Assembly (NCBI GenBank): GCA_009843865.1 | Contig: VYCQ01000035.1 | Location: 27,978 to 91,977, forward strand | Source: Acidimicrobiia bacterium | GTDB lineage: Bacteria; Actinomycetota; Acidimicrobiia; Acidimicrobiales; Bin134 | Length of the DNA stretch: 64,000 nt | Direction of reading: 5' to 3' | Shown: positions 19,208-28,609 of the stretch, in pieces | Numbering within the stretch: the first letter of the stretch is position 1 | Layout of the letters: each line of letters opens with the position of its first letter | Made by a program: the position numbers and the translations under genes | The notes under the pieces: generated by a model | What the model saw: the letters and a program-made list of their open reading frames with translations, nothing else | Told to the model about the DNA's origin: nothing | Databases searched by the model: none

Positions 19208-20278
19208 GTGCAAGCCAAGCAGCCACTACTAAAGGTTGAAGATCTCCGCACATACTTCGGCACGCCCACAGGAATACTCAAAGCAGTAGATGGCGTGAGC
19301 TTCTCTTTAAATAAAGGCGAAACCATTGGCATCGTTGGCGAATCGGGTTCAGGTAAATCCGTACTCGTGCGATCGATCATGAACATCTTAAGCAGCAACG
19401 CCATCATTGCCGAAACATCTAAAGTACATTTCAACGGCAAGGACATCTCACGATTACGCCATTGCGAAGCCAAGCATTTCTGGGGAACGCAAATGGCCAT
19501 GATCTTCCAAGACCCAATGACTTCGCTTAACCCGGTCAAGAAAATCGGTACACAAATCACCGAATCAATTCGCTTTCATCTCAAAGCATCGAAGAAAGAA
19601 GCTATACAAAAAGCTCTTGAACTCATGGGGCAAGTGGGTATTCCCGAACCCCGCAAACGACTCAAGCAATACCCCCATCAGCTTTCAGGCGGGATGCGCC
19701 AAAGGATTACCATCGCCATCGCTTTGGCCTGCAATCCTAAACTGTTGATTGCAGATGAGCCCACCACAGCACTAGATGTCACTGTCCAAAAACAAATCCT
19801 AGATCTACTGGCCTCGCTCCAAGAAAAATTAGAGATGGCAATGATCCTAATCACCCATGATTTAGGTGTGGTTGCGGGGCGGACTCAACGCATTGGAGTT
19901 ATGTACGCAGGCAAAATGCTAGAAACAGCCGACACTAAAACCTTATTTCGCAATATGAACCATCCCTACACCGAGGCACTATTCAAATCGATCCCTCGAA
20001 TAGAAAACCAAGCCCATAGCAGGCTCGAAGCCATCAGCGGGTACCCACCCGATATGACCCGCGCTCTACTAGGATGTCGATTCGCCCCGCGCTGTCGCTA
20101 TGCCCAAGACCAATGCCTGAACGAAGAGCCCAATTTGTTTGAGACAGATCAAGCAGATCACCAGCAAGCATGCTTTTTCCCAGTGGGTTCACCCGAAAAC
20201 AAACAAGCCCATGCTGTCAACCAGAAAACAGGGATAACTGCTGCTGGCCTTGCCCTAACAGCGGCGGTAAGGTCATAG
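19208..20278 (+). CDS. Oligopeptide/dipeptide ABC transporter ATP-binding protein (OppD/DppD-like)
   Basis: 356-aa ORF with Walker A 'GESGSGKS', signature 'LSGGMRQR' and Walker B 'LLIADEPTTALD'. The C-terminal Cys-rich oligopeptide-ATPase extension 'GCRFAPRCRYAQDQC' is present. Confidence 0.9.
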   Translation: MQAKQPLLKVEDLRTYFGTPTGILKAVDGVSFSLNKGETIGIVGESGSGKSVLVRSIMNILSSNAIIAETSKVHFNGKDISRLRHCEAKHFWGTQMAMIFQDPMTSLNPVKKIGTQITESIRFHLKASKKEAIQKALELMGQVGIPEPRKRLKQYPHQLSGGMRQRITIAIALACNPKLLIADEPTTALDVTVQKQILDLLASLQEKLEMAMILITHDLGVVAGRTQRIGVMYAGKMLETADTKTLFRNMNHPYTEALFKSIPRIENQAHSRLEAISGYPPDMTRALLGCRFAPRCRYAQDQCLNEEPNLFETDQADHQQACFFPVGSPENKQAHAVNQKTGITAAGLALTAAVRS

Positions 20279-20311
20279 TCTGGCCGCCTGCAAGCCAAGG
20301 AAGGTCATCTG

Positions 20312-21319
20312 ATGGCTGGTTGCGGTAAAGCTCATCTCAGAGGCAGCACTGCACTCTTGTCAGTAGAAGACCTTGTAGTGGAGTTTCCCGCTGGTCGTCG
20401 CACCACAATACACGCTGTATCAGGCATCAGCTTCGATGTGCTTGAGGGCGAGACTTTAGGGGTGGTGGGCGAATCTGGCTGTGGTAAATCTGCTACAGCC
20501 AGAGCCATCATGCAGCTACCGCCGCCTAATTCGGGGTCGGTTATCTTTGATGGTGAGCAGATGACCCAACTCTCCAAAGAAAACCTACGTCGCAGCCGCA
20601 CCCGCATGCAGATGATCTTTCAAGACCCCATCTCTTCGCTAAACCCCCGCCGCAAGGTGAACGAAATAGTGGCCGAAGGATTATCTATTTGGCACACCGA
20701 TTCCGATGATATTGCAATCCGGAGAGTACACGCAATGCTTGAAGCCGTAGGTCTTGACCCCAAAGCTGTAGAAAATAGGCGACCACATCAATTCTCCAGT
20801 GGGCAATGTCAACGCATATGCATCGCCCGAGCCATGATACTAGACCCCAAGCTAATCATCTGCGACGAACCAGTGTCAGCCCTAGACGTATCGGTGCAAG
20901 CGCAGATCTTGAACCTGCTAACAAACATGAAAAAACGCTACGGGCTCACCTTGGTGTTCATTGCCCACGACCTAGCTGTAGTTAAAAACGTATCCGACAG
21001 GGTAGTGGTGATGTATCTGGGCAAGATATGCGAAGTAGCAGACCCCGACAGGCTCTACACCCATGCGGCGCACCCCTACACCGACATCTTGCTGGCATCG
21101 GTTCCTAAGCCCGACCCGCACATGCCGATACCCAAACTCCAAATCACCGGAGAATTACCATCGCCTATCAACCCACCCTCAGGCTGCCGCTTCCGCACCC
21201 GCTGTACAAAAGCCCAAGATGTTTGCGCAGTCCAAGAACCCTCGCTTCAGAAAATCAGCTCTAACCACTTCGTAGCCTGCCACTTTCCCAACGAGACATC
21301 CACCCACGTAGCAATCTAG
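20312..21319 (+). CDS. Oligopeptide/dipeptide ABC transporter ATP-binding protein (OppF/DppF-like)
   Basis: 335-aa ORF with Walker A 'GESGCGKS', signature 'FSSGQCQR', Walker B 'LIICDEPVSALD' and the C-terminal 'GCRFRTRCTKAQDVC'. Confidence 0.9.
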   Translation: MAGCGKAHLRGSTALLSVEDLVVEFPAGRRTTIHAVSGISFDVLEGETLGVVGESGCGKSATARAIMQLPPPNSGSVIFDGEQMTQLSKENLRRSRTRMQMIFQDPISSLNPRRKVNEIVAEGLSIWHTDSDDIAIRRVHAMLEAVGLDPKAVENRRPHQFSSGQCQRICIARAMILDPKLIICDEPVSALDVSVQAQILNLLTNMKKRYGLTLVFIAHDLAVVKNVSDRVVVMYLGKICEVADPDRLYTHAAHPYTDILLASVPKPDPHMPIPKLQITGELPSPINPPSGCRFRTRCTKAQDVCAVQEPSLQKISSNHFVACHFPNETSTHVAI

Positions 21320-21331
21320 ATTTTAGATTGC

Positions 21332-21763
21332 TCAAAATCGATAACGATAAACGTTGGTATCGCGGATTTTAAAACCCAAACACCGATAAAGACGGTTGGC
21401 CGCCACCCTGCTAGAGCGCGAGGTCAGATCTACTGTTATGGCCCCCGCGGCACGCGCTAGCTCGATTGCGGCCTCACTAAGCGCTTTGCCAACGCCCTGA
21501 CCTCTGATCTCAATATCAACCACCACGTCTTCGATGATGGCACGCACACCAGTAGGGATACGTACCAGCACTAGGGTCAAGCTCCCCACAATCACATCTT
21601 CGCTTCGCGCTAACAGCAAGCGAGTAGATGGCGAGGCCACGATGTCTTGCATCGCCACAGTATCAGGTGGCGAATTGGAGGACGAAAGCTGAGGAATAAG
21701 ACGCTGAAAAGCTTGCAGCAACTCTTCGGTCACCTCGGTGGCCTCGCTGATCGTTAACTGCAT
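21332..21763 (-). CDS. GNAT family N-acetyltransferase
   Basis: 143-aa ORF with acetyl-CoA-binding motif A 'IRGQGVGKAL'. Confidence 0.85.
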   Translation of the reverse strand: MQLTISEATEVTEELLQAFQRLIPQLSSSNSPPDTVAMQDIVASPSTRLLLARSEDVIVGSLTLVLVRIPTGVRAIIEDVVVDIEIRGQGVGKALSEAAIELARAAGAITVDLTSRSSRVAANRLYRCLGFKIRDTNVYRYRF

Positions 21764-21821
21764 AGGCTGAGACTACCGGCGTGACACAAGAAGCGGCCCA
21801 CAATGGCGATAAGTTGAACGA

Positions 21822-22772
21822 GTGGACCACATCACCTGGGTCAACGAACCCGACCAAGATCAGCCGATACTGCTGGTTGCGTTTACCGGATGGAACGACG
21901 CAGGAGATGCTGCATCAGGAGCACTGGCGTGGCTAGCTAAACGCTGTGAGATAACCCCACTAGCCAGCTTGGACCCAGAACCATTTTTCGATTTCAGCGC
22001 AACACGGCCACATATACATCTAGAAAACGACGGGTCGCGATCTTTAAGGTGGCCCAGCAACAACTTGCTTAGCGCAACCTTCCTCAGCGCTCAATCAGTA
22101 GCTAATAAACCTGTCGGGGATGACTCCACCGACACCAACCCTAACGATAGCAATCTCAACAAAATCAACCACCCAAAGTTGGCCCTGCTAATGGGCACCG
22201 AGCCTCAGCTAAAGTGGCGCACTTTCACCCAACAAATTGTGACCATGACACAGCGCCTCCGCAGCCCGCTAGTAGTGACACTCGGTGCATTGCTAGCAGA
22301 TGTCCCCCACACCCGCCCCTCTCCGGTATACGGCAGCAGCCAAGACCCTGAGTTAGCCGCCCAATTAGAACTCTCCACATCTCGCTATGAAGGGCCTACA
22401 GGCATAGTGGGTGTCCTCAACGGTGCTTACGCCGGTCTAGGGCTGCGCACCGCGTCATTGTGGGCTGCGGTGCCTAACTACACCTCGGAGATACCCTCTC
22501 CTAAGGCCTCATTTGCCCTCATTAAAAGGGTATGCAAAATCCTTGACATTACGCCTGACACCTCTGAACTAGAGGAACTAGCAGCAACCTACGAACACCA
22601 TGTGTCAAATTTAGTTATTGAGGCCGACGATGCAGCCAAATACATCACCCAACTAGAACAAGATTACGACAACGTCATCGCACAATCCAACGACATAGAA
22701 ACGATGCGATCTACCGACCCCAGTGAACTTGTCACCCAAATCGAAGAGTACCTCCGCAACCAACCCAGCTAA
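21822..22772 (+). CDS. PAC2 (proteasome assembly chaperone 2-like) family protein
   Basis: 316-aa ORF with a GTG start. The N-terminal 'PILLVAFTGWNDAGDAASGA' and 'YEGPTGIVGVL' are characteristic of actinobacterial PAC2 proteins. Confidence 0.75.
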   Translation: MDHITWVNEPDQDQPILLVAFTGWNDAGDAASGALAWLAKRCEITPLASLDPEPFFDFSATRPHIHLENDGSRSLRWPSNNLLSATFLSAQSVANKPVGDDSTDTNPNDSNLNKINHPKLALLMGTEPQLKWRTFTQQIVTMTQRLRSPLVVTLGALLADVPHTRPSPVYGSSQDPELAAQLELSTSRYEGPTGIVGVLNGAYAGLGLRTASLWAAVPNYTSEIPSPKASFALIKRVCKILDITPDTSELEELAATYEHHVSNLVIEADDAAKYITQLEQDYDNVIAQSNDIETMRSTDPSELVTQIEEYLRNQPS

Positions 22773-22811
22773 CCAAAGACAGCCCGAGAAGTTATAGCCC
22801 CAAAAAAGCCA

Positions 22812-24017
22812 CTAAATGCCCTCGGCTTCTAATTCTTCGCGACTAACCCCCAAAAGAAACAAGATGGCATCTAAGTGAGGCACGTTCACAGAAGTTTCTA
22901 CTGCTTCACGAACCTTGGGCTTGGCATTAAAAGCTATGCCCAAACCTGCAACCGCCAGCATGTCAATATCATTGGCACCATCGCCAACGGCCACCACCTG
23001 TTCAGGTGAAACACCCTCACTAGCTGCAATCTGCTTGAGGAGTTCGGCCTTGCGAGCACGGTCTACTATAGGCCCTTGCAACTTGCCGGTTAGCTTTCCA
23101 TCCACCATCTCCAAAACGTTAGCGTGAGCGTGATCTAGATTGAACTGCTCTTTTAAGCGGTTGCAAAACCTTGTAAAACCACCGCTAACAATGCCGACTA
23201 CAAAACCCAGCCGCTTGAGCGTCGTCAAAAATGTACGGGCTCCAGGGGTAAGGGTCACCTGATCCCAAGCCCGCTCCAGATCAGGCTCCTCTAAACCAGC
23301 TAGCAGCCTCACCCGCTCTACCAATGCTGTTTCAAAGTCAATCTCCCCGCGCACTGCTTGTTCAGTAAGCATCCGACATTTATCTACGCAACCAGCCTCT
23401 GCGGCCAACAAGTCAATGATCTCGTCTTGAATCAGCGTTGAATCTACATCCAACACCGCTACTCGCTTAGCGCGACGTGCCAGACCCTCGCGCTGTATAG
23501 CCACGTCAAAACCTGAATTGGCTCCCGCTACCGCTAACAGATTTTGACGAATAGTGACCTCATCGCCACCCTCCACCAACAACTCATAGCTATAGATGGG
23601 ATACCGCGACAAACGCACAATGCGCCTGATATTGCCCTTCCCATCAGCAATAGCTGTAGCAGTAGCTGCCAGCATTGCAGGACTCAACTCCCGACCTAAT
23701 ATCGTCACTGCGTGGGCTGACGGATGAGTTGTGGGTGTAGGGTCCACCACATCAAAATCCACGGTCACACGCTGCTCCCAACCAAACAACAGCAAATCCT
23801 TAAGAAGGTCTTGTCCGGGAGGAACCTCTAACACCAAACACAGGGTGAGTTGGCGACGAATCACCACCTGCTCCACATCTTGAATGTGGGCATTACACGC
23901 TGTGAGCACCCTCAACAAACCCGCAAACAAACCCGGGCGGTCGGGACCAGACACCCGTAACAGGATCACCTGCGAGTTTGCAGCAGCTACCTCAATTGCA
24001 GGAGGTCTACCAGCCAA
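22812..24017 (-). CDS. serB: Phosphoserine phosphatase SerB with N-terminal ACT-like regulatory domains
   Basis: 401-aa ORF with HAD motif I 'VLDVDSTLIQDE', motif III/IV 'VAVGDGANDIDML', and about 180 aa of N-terminal ACT-like repeats. Confidence 0.9.
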   Translation of the reverse strand: MAGRPPAIEVAAANSQVILLRVSGPDRPGLFAGLLRVLTACNAHIQDVEQVVIRRQLTLCLVLEVPPGQDLLKDLLLFGWEQRVTVDFDVVDPTPTTHPSAHAVTILGRELSPAMLAATATAIADGKGNIRRIVRLSRYPIYSYELLVEGGDEVTIRQNLLAVAGANSGFDVAIQREGLARRAKRVAVLDVDSTLIQDEIIDLLAAEAGCVDKCRMLTEQAVRGEIDFETALVERVRLLAGLEEPDLERAWDQVTLTPGARTFLTTLKRLGFVVGIVSGGFTRFCNRLKEQFNLDHAHANVLEMVDGKLTGKLQGPIVDRARKAELLKQIAASEGVSPEQVVAVGDGANDIDMLAVAGLGIAFNAKPKVREAVETSVNVPHLDAILFLLGVSREELEAEGI

Positions 24018-24029
24018 AAGCCAGCCACC

Positions 24030-24350
24030 TCAGCCGTGTTGAAGCTTGATTTCGATGTCCACCCCTGCTGGCAAATCTAGACGTTGCAACGAGTCCACGG
24101 TTTTGGCACCGGGATTCACAATATCTAATAGCCGCTTGTGAATACGGATCTCAAAGTGCTCGCGGCTGTCTTTATCCTTATGAGGCGAACGGATAACCGT
24201 AAAACGATGCTTTTCTGTTGGCAAAGGGACAGGGCCCCGCAAGTCAGCTTGGGTACGTTTGACCGTCTCCACAATCTTTTTTGTGGACTGATCAATAATT
24301 TCGTGGTCGTAGGCCTTTAGCCGGATACGAATCTTTTGTCCCACAGGCAT
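24030..24350 (-). CDS. rpsJ: 30S ribosomal protein S10
   Basis: 106-aa ORF beginning '[18 protein letters not shown]...', a canonical S10 sequence. Confidence 0.97.
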   Translation of the reverse strand: MPVGQKIRIRLKAYDHEIIDQSTKKIVETVKRTQADLRGPVPLPTEKHRFTVIRSPHKDKDSREHFEIRIHKRLLDIVNPGAKTVDSLQRLDLPAGVDIEIKLQHG

Positions 24351-24355
24351 CAGCT

Positions 24356-25546
24356 TTACTTAAGAATCTTGGTAACAGTGCCAGCACCCACGGTACGTCC
24401 ACCCTCACGAATAGCAAAGCGCAAACCCTCATCCATAGCAATTGGAGCAATCAGATCAATGGTCATCTCCGTGTTATCGCCGGGCATGCACATCTCAGTG
24501 CCTTCAGGCAACGCGATAGTGCCGGTGACATCAGTAGTACGGAAATAAAACTGAGGCCGATAATTGCTGAAGAACGGCTTGTGTCGACCACCTTCGTCCT
24601 TTGTAAGTACGTAAACTTGGGCCTCAAAATTGGTGTGAGGAGTGATTGAGCCAGGCTGAGCCAACACCTGCCCCCGCTGTACGTCATCTTTGTCCGTGCC
24701 TCGTAACAGCGCACCGATGTTGTCGCCTGCACGACCCTCGTCTAACAGCTTGCGGAACATCTCTACGCCGGTACACACGGTTTCGGAGGTCTCACGAATC
24801 CCCACGATCTCCACCTTGTCACCGCTGTTGACGATACCCTGCTCAACACGTCCAGTTACCACGGTGCCTCTACCCGTAATGGAAAACACATCTTCAATGG
24901 GCATCAAGAAAGGACGATCCACATCCCGCTCTGGCTCCACAATGTAGGTATCCACCGCTTCCATCAAAGCCTTCACCTGCTCGGCGGCATCAGTATCACC
25001 TTCAAGGGCCTGTAAGGCAGATACTGGGACGACCGGAATGTCATCACCCGGGAAGTCGTACTCATTGAGCAACTCACGCACCTCTAGCTCAACTAGTTCC
25101 AATAACTCCTCGTCATCCACCTGATCCACCTTGTTCAAGGCCACCACAATGGCGGGCACACCCACCTGTCGGGCCAGCAACACATGCTCACGAGTTTGCG
25201 GCATCGGCCCATCAGCAGCAGACACCACTAAGATGGCACCATCTACTTGGGCCGCTCCGGTAATCATGTTTTTGATATAATCAGCGTGACCAGGCATATC
25301 CACATGGGCATAATGGCGGTTAGCGGTCTCATACTCCACATGCGCCACATTGATGGTTATGCCCCGCTCACGCTCCTCGGGGGCCTTGTCAATGTTATCG
25401 AACTCGGTGAACTCTGTACTAGACGGATCAGCTTCCGACAACACCCTAGTGATCGCCGCTGTCAGAGTGGTTTTACCGTGGTCAATATGACCCATCGTGC
25501 CCACATTCAAGTGCGGCTTGGTTCGCTCAAATGTTTCCTTTGCCAT
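24356..25546 (-). CDS. tuf: Elongation factor Tu
   Basis: 396-aa ORF with G1 'GHIDHGKTT', 'DMPGHADY' and 'NKVD' motifs. Confidence 0.98.
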   Translation of the reverse strand: MAKETFERTKPHLNVGTMGHIDHGKTTLTAAITRVLSEADPSSTEFTEFDNIDKAPEERERGITINVAHVEYETANRHYAHVDMPGHADYIKNMITGAAQVDGAILVVSAADGPMPQTREHVLLARQVGVPAIVVALNKVDQVDDEELLELVELEVRELLNEYDFPGDDIPVVPVSALQALEGDTDAAEQVKALMEAVDTYIVEPERDVDRPFLMPIEDVFSITGRGTVVTGRVEQGIVNSGDKVEIVGIRETSETVCTGVEMFRKLLDEGRAGDNIGALLRGTDKDDVQRGQVLAQPGSITPHTNFEAQVYVLTKDEGGRHKPFFSNYRPQFYFRTTDVTGTIALPEGTEMCMPGDNTEMTIDLIAPIAMDEGLRFAIREGGRTVGAGTVTKILK

Positions 25547-25581
25547 GTTTCAGCCTTCCAAAATGAGTTGTATATACCTGA

Positions 25582-27660
25582 TCATTCGCCCCGGATTCGA
25601 GCGACGATTTCTTCTTGCACCTTGGCAGGGGTCTGCCGATAGGTGTCGAACTGCATTGTGTATGTTGCCCGACCCTGAGTACGCGAGCGAAGTTGCGTAG
25701 CGTACCCGAACATTTCCGAAAGTGGCACATGGGCCTTCACAATTTGCTCACGACCACGCTGTTCCATGCTGTCAATCTTGCCACGGCGACTGTTTAGATC
25801 GCCGATAACATCGCCCATGTACTCCTCGGGAGTCACCACATCCACAGCCATAATGGGCTCCAACAATATAGGCTTAGCCCGCCTAGAAGCCTCCCGAAAA
25901 GCAGCTGAGGCAGCCACCCTGAAGGCCATATCAGAAGAATCCACATCATGATGCTTACCATCGGTAAGCGTCACCTTTAGGTCTACTACTGGAAAACCAG
26001 CTAAGGGACCCACCGACATGGCATCTTTCATGCCATTATCCACCGCAGGAATGTATTCCTTAGGTATGCGCCCACCGGTCACCGAAGTGAAGAACTCATA
26101 ACCTTTGCCCGCTTCGTTGGGCTCCAAATCAAAGACGATCTCAGCAAACTGCCCCGCACCGCCAGTCTGCTTCTTATGAGTATACATGTACTTCATAACG
26201 GGCGCTGAGAGGGTTTCACGATAAGCCACCTGCGGCTTACCCACCGAGGCATCCACGTTAAACTCCCGAAGCATTCTGTCCACCAGCACCTCAAGATGCA
26301 ACTCGCCCATACCTGCGATAAGGGTCTGAGCGGTCTCTTCATCGGTGCGCACTTGAAAAGTTGGATCTTCCTCAGCCAAAGCAGCCATAGCCTTGCCCAG
26401 CTTGTCTTGATCGGCTTTGGTGCGCGGCTCCACAGCCACCTGAATCACCGGATCAGGAAAGTCCATCTCTTCCAAAACAATGGGGGTGACCACATCAGCC
26501 AAGGTGTCACCGGTACGCACATCTTTAAAACCAATGCCCGCAACAATGTCCCCTGCGCGCATGATATCTAGATCTTCGCGGTCGTTGGCATGCATCTCTA
26601 AAATGCGCCCAACTCGCTCCTTACGGCCAGTACGAGGATTAAGAACCTGCCCTCCCTTTTCTAACTGCCCACTATAAACCCGCAAATAAGTAAGCTTACC
26701 AACATGAGGATCGCTCATAATCTTGAATGCCAACGCGCTGAAAGGTGCGCCAGCATCAGCGGGCCGGTCACAATCTTCGCCCTTGTAGCTGCCCTTAATG
26801 GTGGGAATATCCATAGGCGATGGCAAATACTCCACCACGGCATCTAGCAGAGGCTGTACTCCTTTGTTCTTAAAGGCCGAGCCACACAACACCGGCACCA
26901 CATCTAACGATAAGGTGCAAGTTCGAATTGATGCCCGCAAATCAGCAGGTGTTATAGCATTCTCGTCTTCGATGTACTTTTCCAAAAGATTTTCATCAAA
27001 CTGAGTGAGCAGGTCGATCAACTCTAAACGAGCTTCTTCAGCACGGTCTTTAAGATCATCAGGTATTTCGGTGACATCCCAAGTTGCTCCCAAATCATCG
27101 CCTCGCCACACCAAACCCTGCATCTCTACTAGGTCAACCACGCCCAAAAGGTCAGCTTCAATACCAATGGGAAGCTGCACCAGTGCAGTGTTAGCGCGCA
27201 ACCGCTCATTAATGGTCAAAACAGCCCGCTCAAAATTGGCACCAGTACGATCCAACTTGTTTATGAAACAGATACGAGGCACTTGGTACTTATTGGCTTG
27301 GCGCCACACCGTTTCCGACTGAGGCTCCACGCCAGCCACACCATCAAACAGAGCTACTGCACCGTCAAGCACCCGCAAAGAGCGCTCAACCTCCATGGTG
27401 AAGTCAACATGGCCAGGAGTATCGATTATGTTAATGCGATGCCCAGACCACTCGGCAGTGGTAGCCGCCGAAGTGATGGTTATACCTCGCTCTTGTTCTT
27501 GAGCCATCCAGTCCATCGTGGCTGCACCGTCGTGAACCTCGCCTAACTTGTAGGCCTTGCCCGTGTAATACAAAATACGTTCGGTACAGGTGGTTTTACC
27601 CGCATCAATATGAGCCATGATCCCAATGTTGCGGGTCTTTTCTAACGGATGGCGAGACAT
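25582..27660 (-). CDS. fusA: Elongation factor G
   Basis: '[14 protein letters not shown]', 'DTPGHVDF' and 'NKLD' motifs are present. The start is set at ATG 27660; an upstream in-frame GTG at 27669 is also possible. Confidence 0.97.
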   Translation of the reverse strand: MSRHPLEKTRNIGIMAHIDAGKTTCTERILYYTGKAYKLGEVHDGAATMDWMAQEQERGITITSAATTAEWSGHRINIIDTPGHVDFTMEVERSLRVLDGAVALFDGVAGVEPQSETVWRQANKYQVPRICFINKLDRTGANFERAVLTINERLRANTALVQLPIGIEADLLGVVDLVEMQGLVWRGDDLGATWDVTEIPDDLKDRAEEARLELIDLLTQFDENLLEKYIEDENAITPADLRASIRTCTLSLDVVPVLCGSAFKNKGVQPLLDAVVEYLPSPMDIPTIKGSYKGEDCDRPADAGAPFSALAFKIMSDPHVGKLTYLRVYSGQLEKGGQVLNPRTGRKERVGRILEMHANDREDLDIMRAGDIVAGIGFKDVRTGDTLADVVTPIVLEEMDFPDPVIQVAVEPRTKADQDKLGKAMAALAEEDPTFQVRTDEETAQTLIAGMGELHLEVLVDRMLREFNVDASVGKPQVAYRETLSAPVMKYMYTHKKQTGGAGQFAEIVFDLEPNEAGKGYEFFTSVTGGRIPKEYIPAVDNGMKDAMSVGPLAGFPVVDLKVTLTDGKHHDVDSSDMAFRVAASAAFREASRRAKPILLEPIMAVDVVTPEEYMGDVIGDLNSRRGKIDSMEQRGREQIVKAHVPLSEMFGYATQLRSRTQGRATYTMQFDTYRQTPAKVQEEIVARIRGE

Positions 27661-27683
27661 GTAATTCACAGGGATAAAACCAC

Positions 27684-28154
27684 TTACCAGCGGTAGTGGG
27701 CGAAGGCTCGGTTTGACTCAGCCATCTTGTGTAAATCATCACGTCGCTTGATCGACGCACCCAGACCATTAGAAGCATCCAATATCTCACTAGCGAGACG
27801 ATCCATCATGGTACGCTCGCGACGCTCTCTGGCATTATTGACGATCCAGCGTATGGCCAAGGTATTAGCTCGGCGAGGCCGCACATCCACAGGCACCTGA
27901 TAAGTGGCCCCTCCCACCCTGCGGCTACGTACCTCCAATTGAGGTCTCACATTATCTACAGCACGCTTCAAGATGCCCAAGGGTTCAGCGCTGGTTTTTT
28001 GCTCAACAACATCCAATGCTCCGTACACAATCCTCTCAGCAGTAGAGCGCTTGCCTCTCTGAAGGATCTTGTTAACAAACTGAGTGACCAACAAAGAGTT
28101 GTACACCGGATCGTTGGGCAGATTGCGGCGACCTGCGGAACCTTTGCGTGGCAC
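27684..28154 (-). CDS. rpsG: 30S ribosomal protein S7
   Basis: 156-aa ORF with canonical S7 sequence ('[20 protein letters not shown]...'). Confidence 0.97.
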   Translation of the reverse strand: MPRKGSAGRRNLPNDPVYNSLLVTQFVNKILQRGKRSTAERIVYGALDVVEQKTSAEPLGILKRAVDNVRPQLEVRSRRVGGATYQVPVDVRPRRANTLAIRWIVNNARERRERTMMDRLASEILDASNGLGASIKRRDDLHKMAESNRAFAHYRW

Positions 28155-28156
28155 GA

Positions 28157-28528
28157 TCAGCCTTCTTTCTTTGCGCCGTAGCGACTACGAGCTTGACGGC
28201 GATCGGACACGCCAGAGGTGTCTAGCGTGCCGCGTACCACCTTGTAACGCACCCCCGGCAAATCTCGTACCCGCCCACCGCGTACTAACACAATGGAGTG
28301 TTCTTGCAAATTGTGTCCTTCACCAGGAATATAGGCAGTAATTTCCATGCCACTTGTAAGGCGCACACGAGCCACGCGGCGCAATGCCGAATTAGGCTTT
28401 TTAGGGGTGGTGGTATACACCCGGGTGCAAACCCCGCGCCGTTGCGGCGCGCCTTTTAAGGCTGGTGTCTTTTCCTTGCGGAATTTAGACTGGCGCCCCT
28501 TGCGCACCAACTGCTGAATCGTGGGCAC
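28157..28528 (-). CDS. rpsL: 30S ribosomal protein S12
   Basis: Canonical '[12 protein letters not shown]...[16 protein letters not shown]'. The start is taken as the GTG at 28528, which gives the usual N-terminus. The tracked ORF extends 5 codons further upstream. Confidence 0.95.
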   Translation of the reverse strand: MPTIQQLVRKGRQSKFRKEKTPALKGAPQRRGVCTRVYTTTPKKPNSALRRVARVRLTSGMEITAYIPGEGHNLQEHSIVLVRGGRVRDLPGVRYKVVRGTLDTSGVSDRRQARSRYGAKKEG

Positions 28529-28561
28529 AGCACTCCCTAACAATGATTCAAGTAAGACTGT

Positions 28562-28596
28562 TTAATAAAAATTAGTGTGCGCAAACACGACACACT
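28562..28596 (-). terminator. Candidate intrinsic terminator downstream of rpoC
   Basis: On the minus strand: AGTGTG-(11 nt)-CACACT stem-loop (28574-28596) followed by AATTTTTATT. The stem is short, so this is only a candidate. Confidence 0.45.
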
Positions 28597-28609
28597 CTGT
28601 TAAGTAAGT

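Noticed and set aside
19045-19560. 171-aa minus-strand ORF spanning the arsC 3' end and the oppD 5' end.
   Set aside because: It crosses an intergenic region and is antisense to two genes with strong motifs. It has no family signature of its own.
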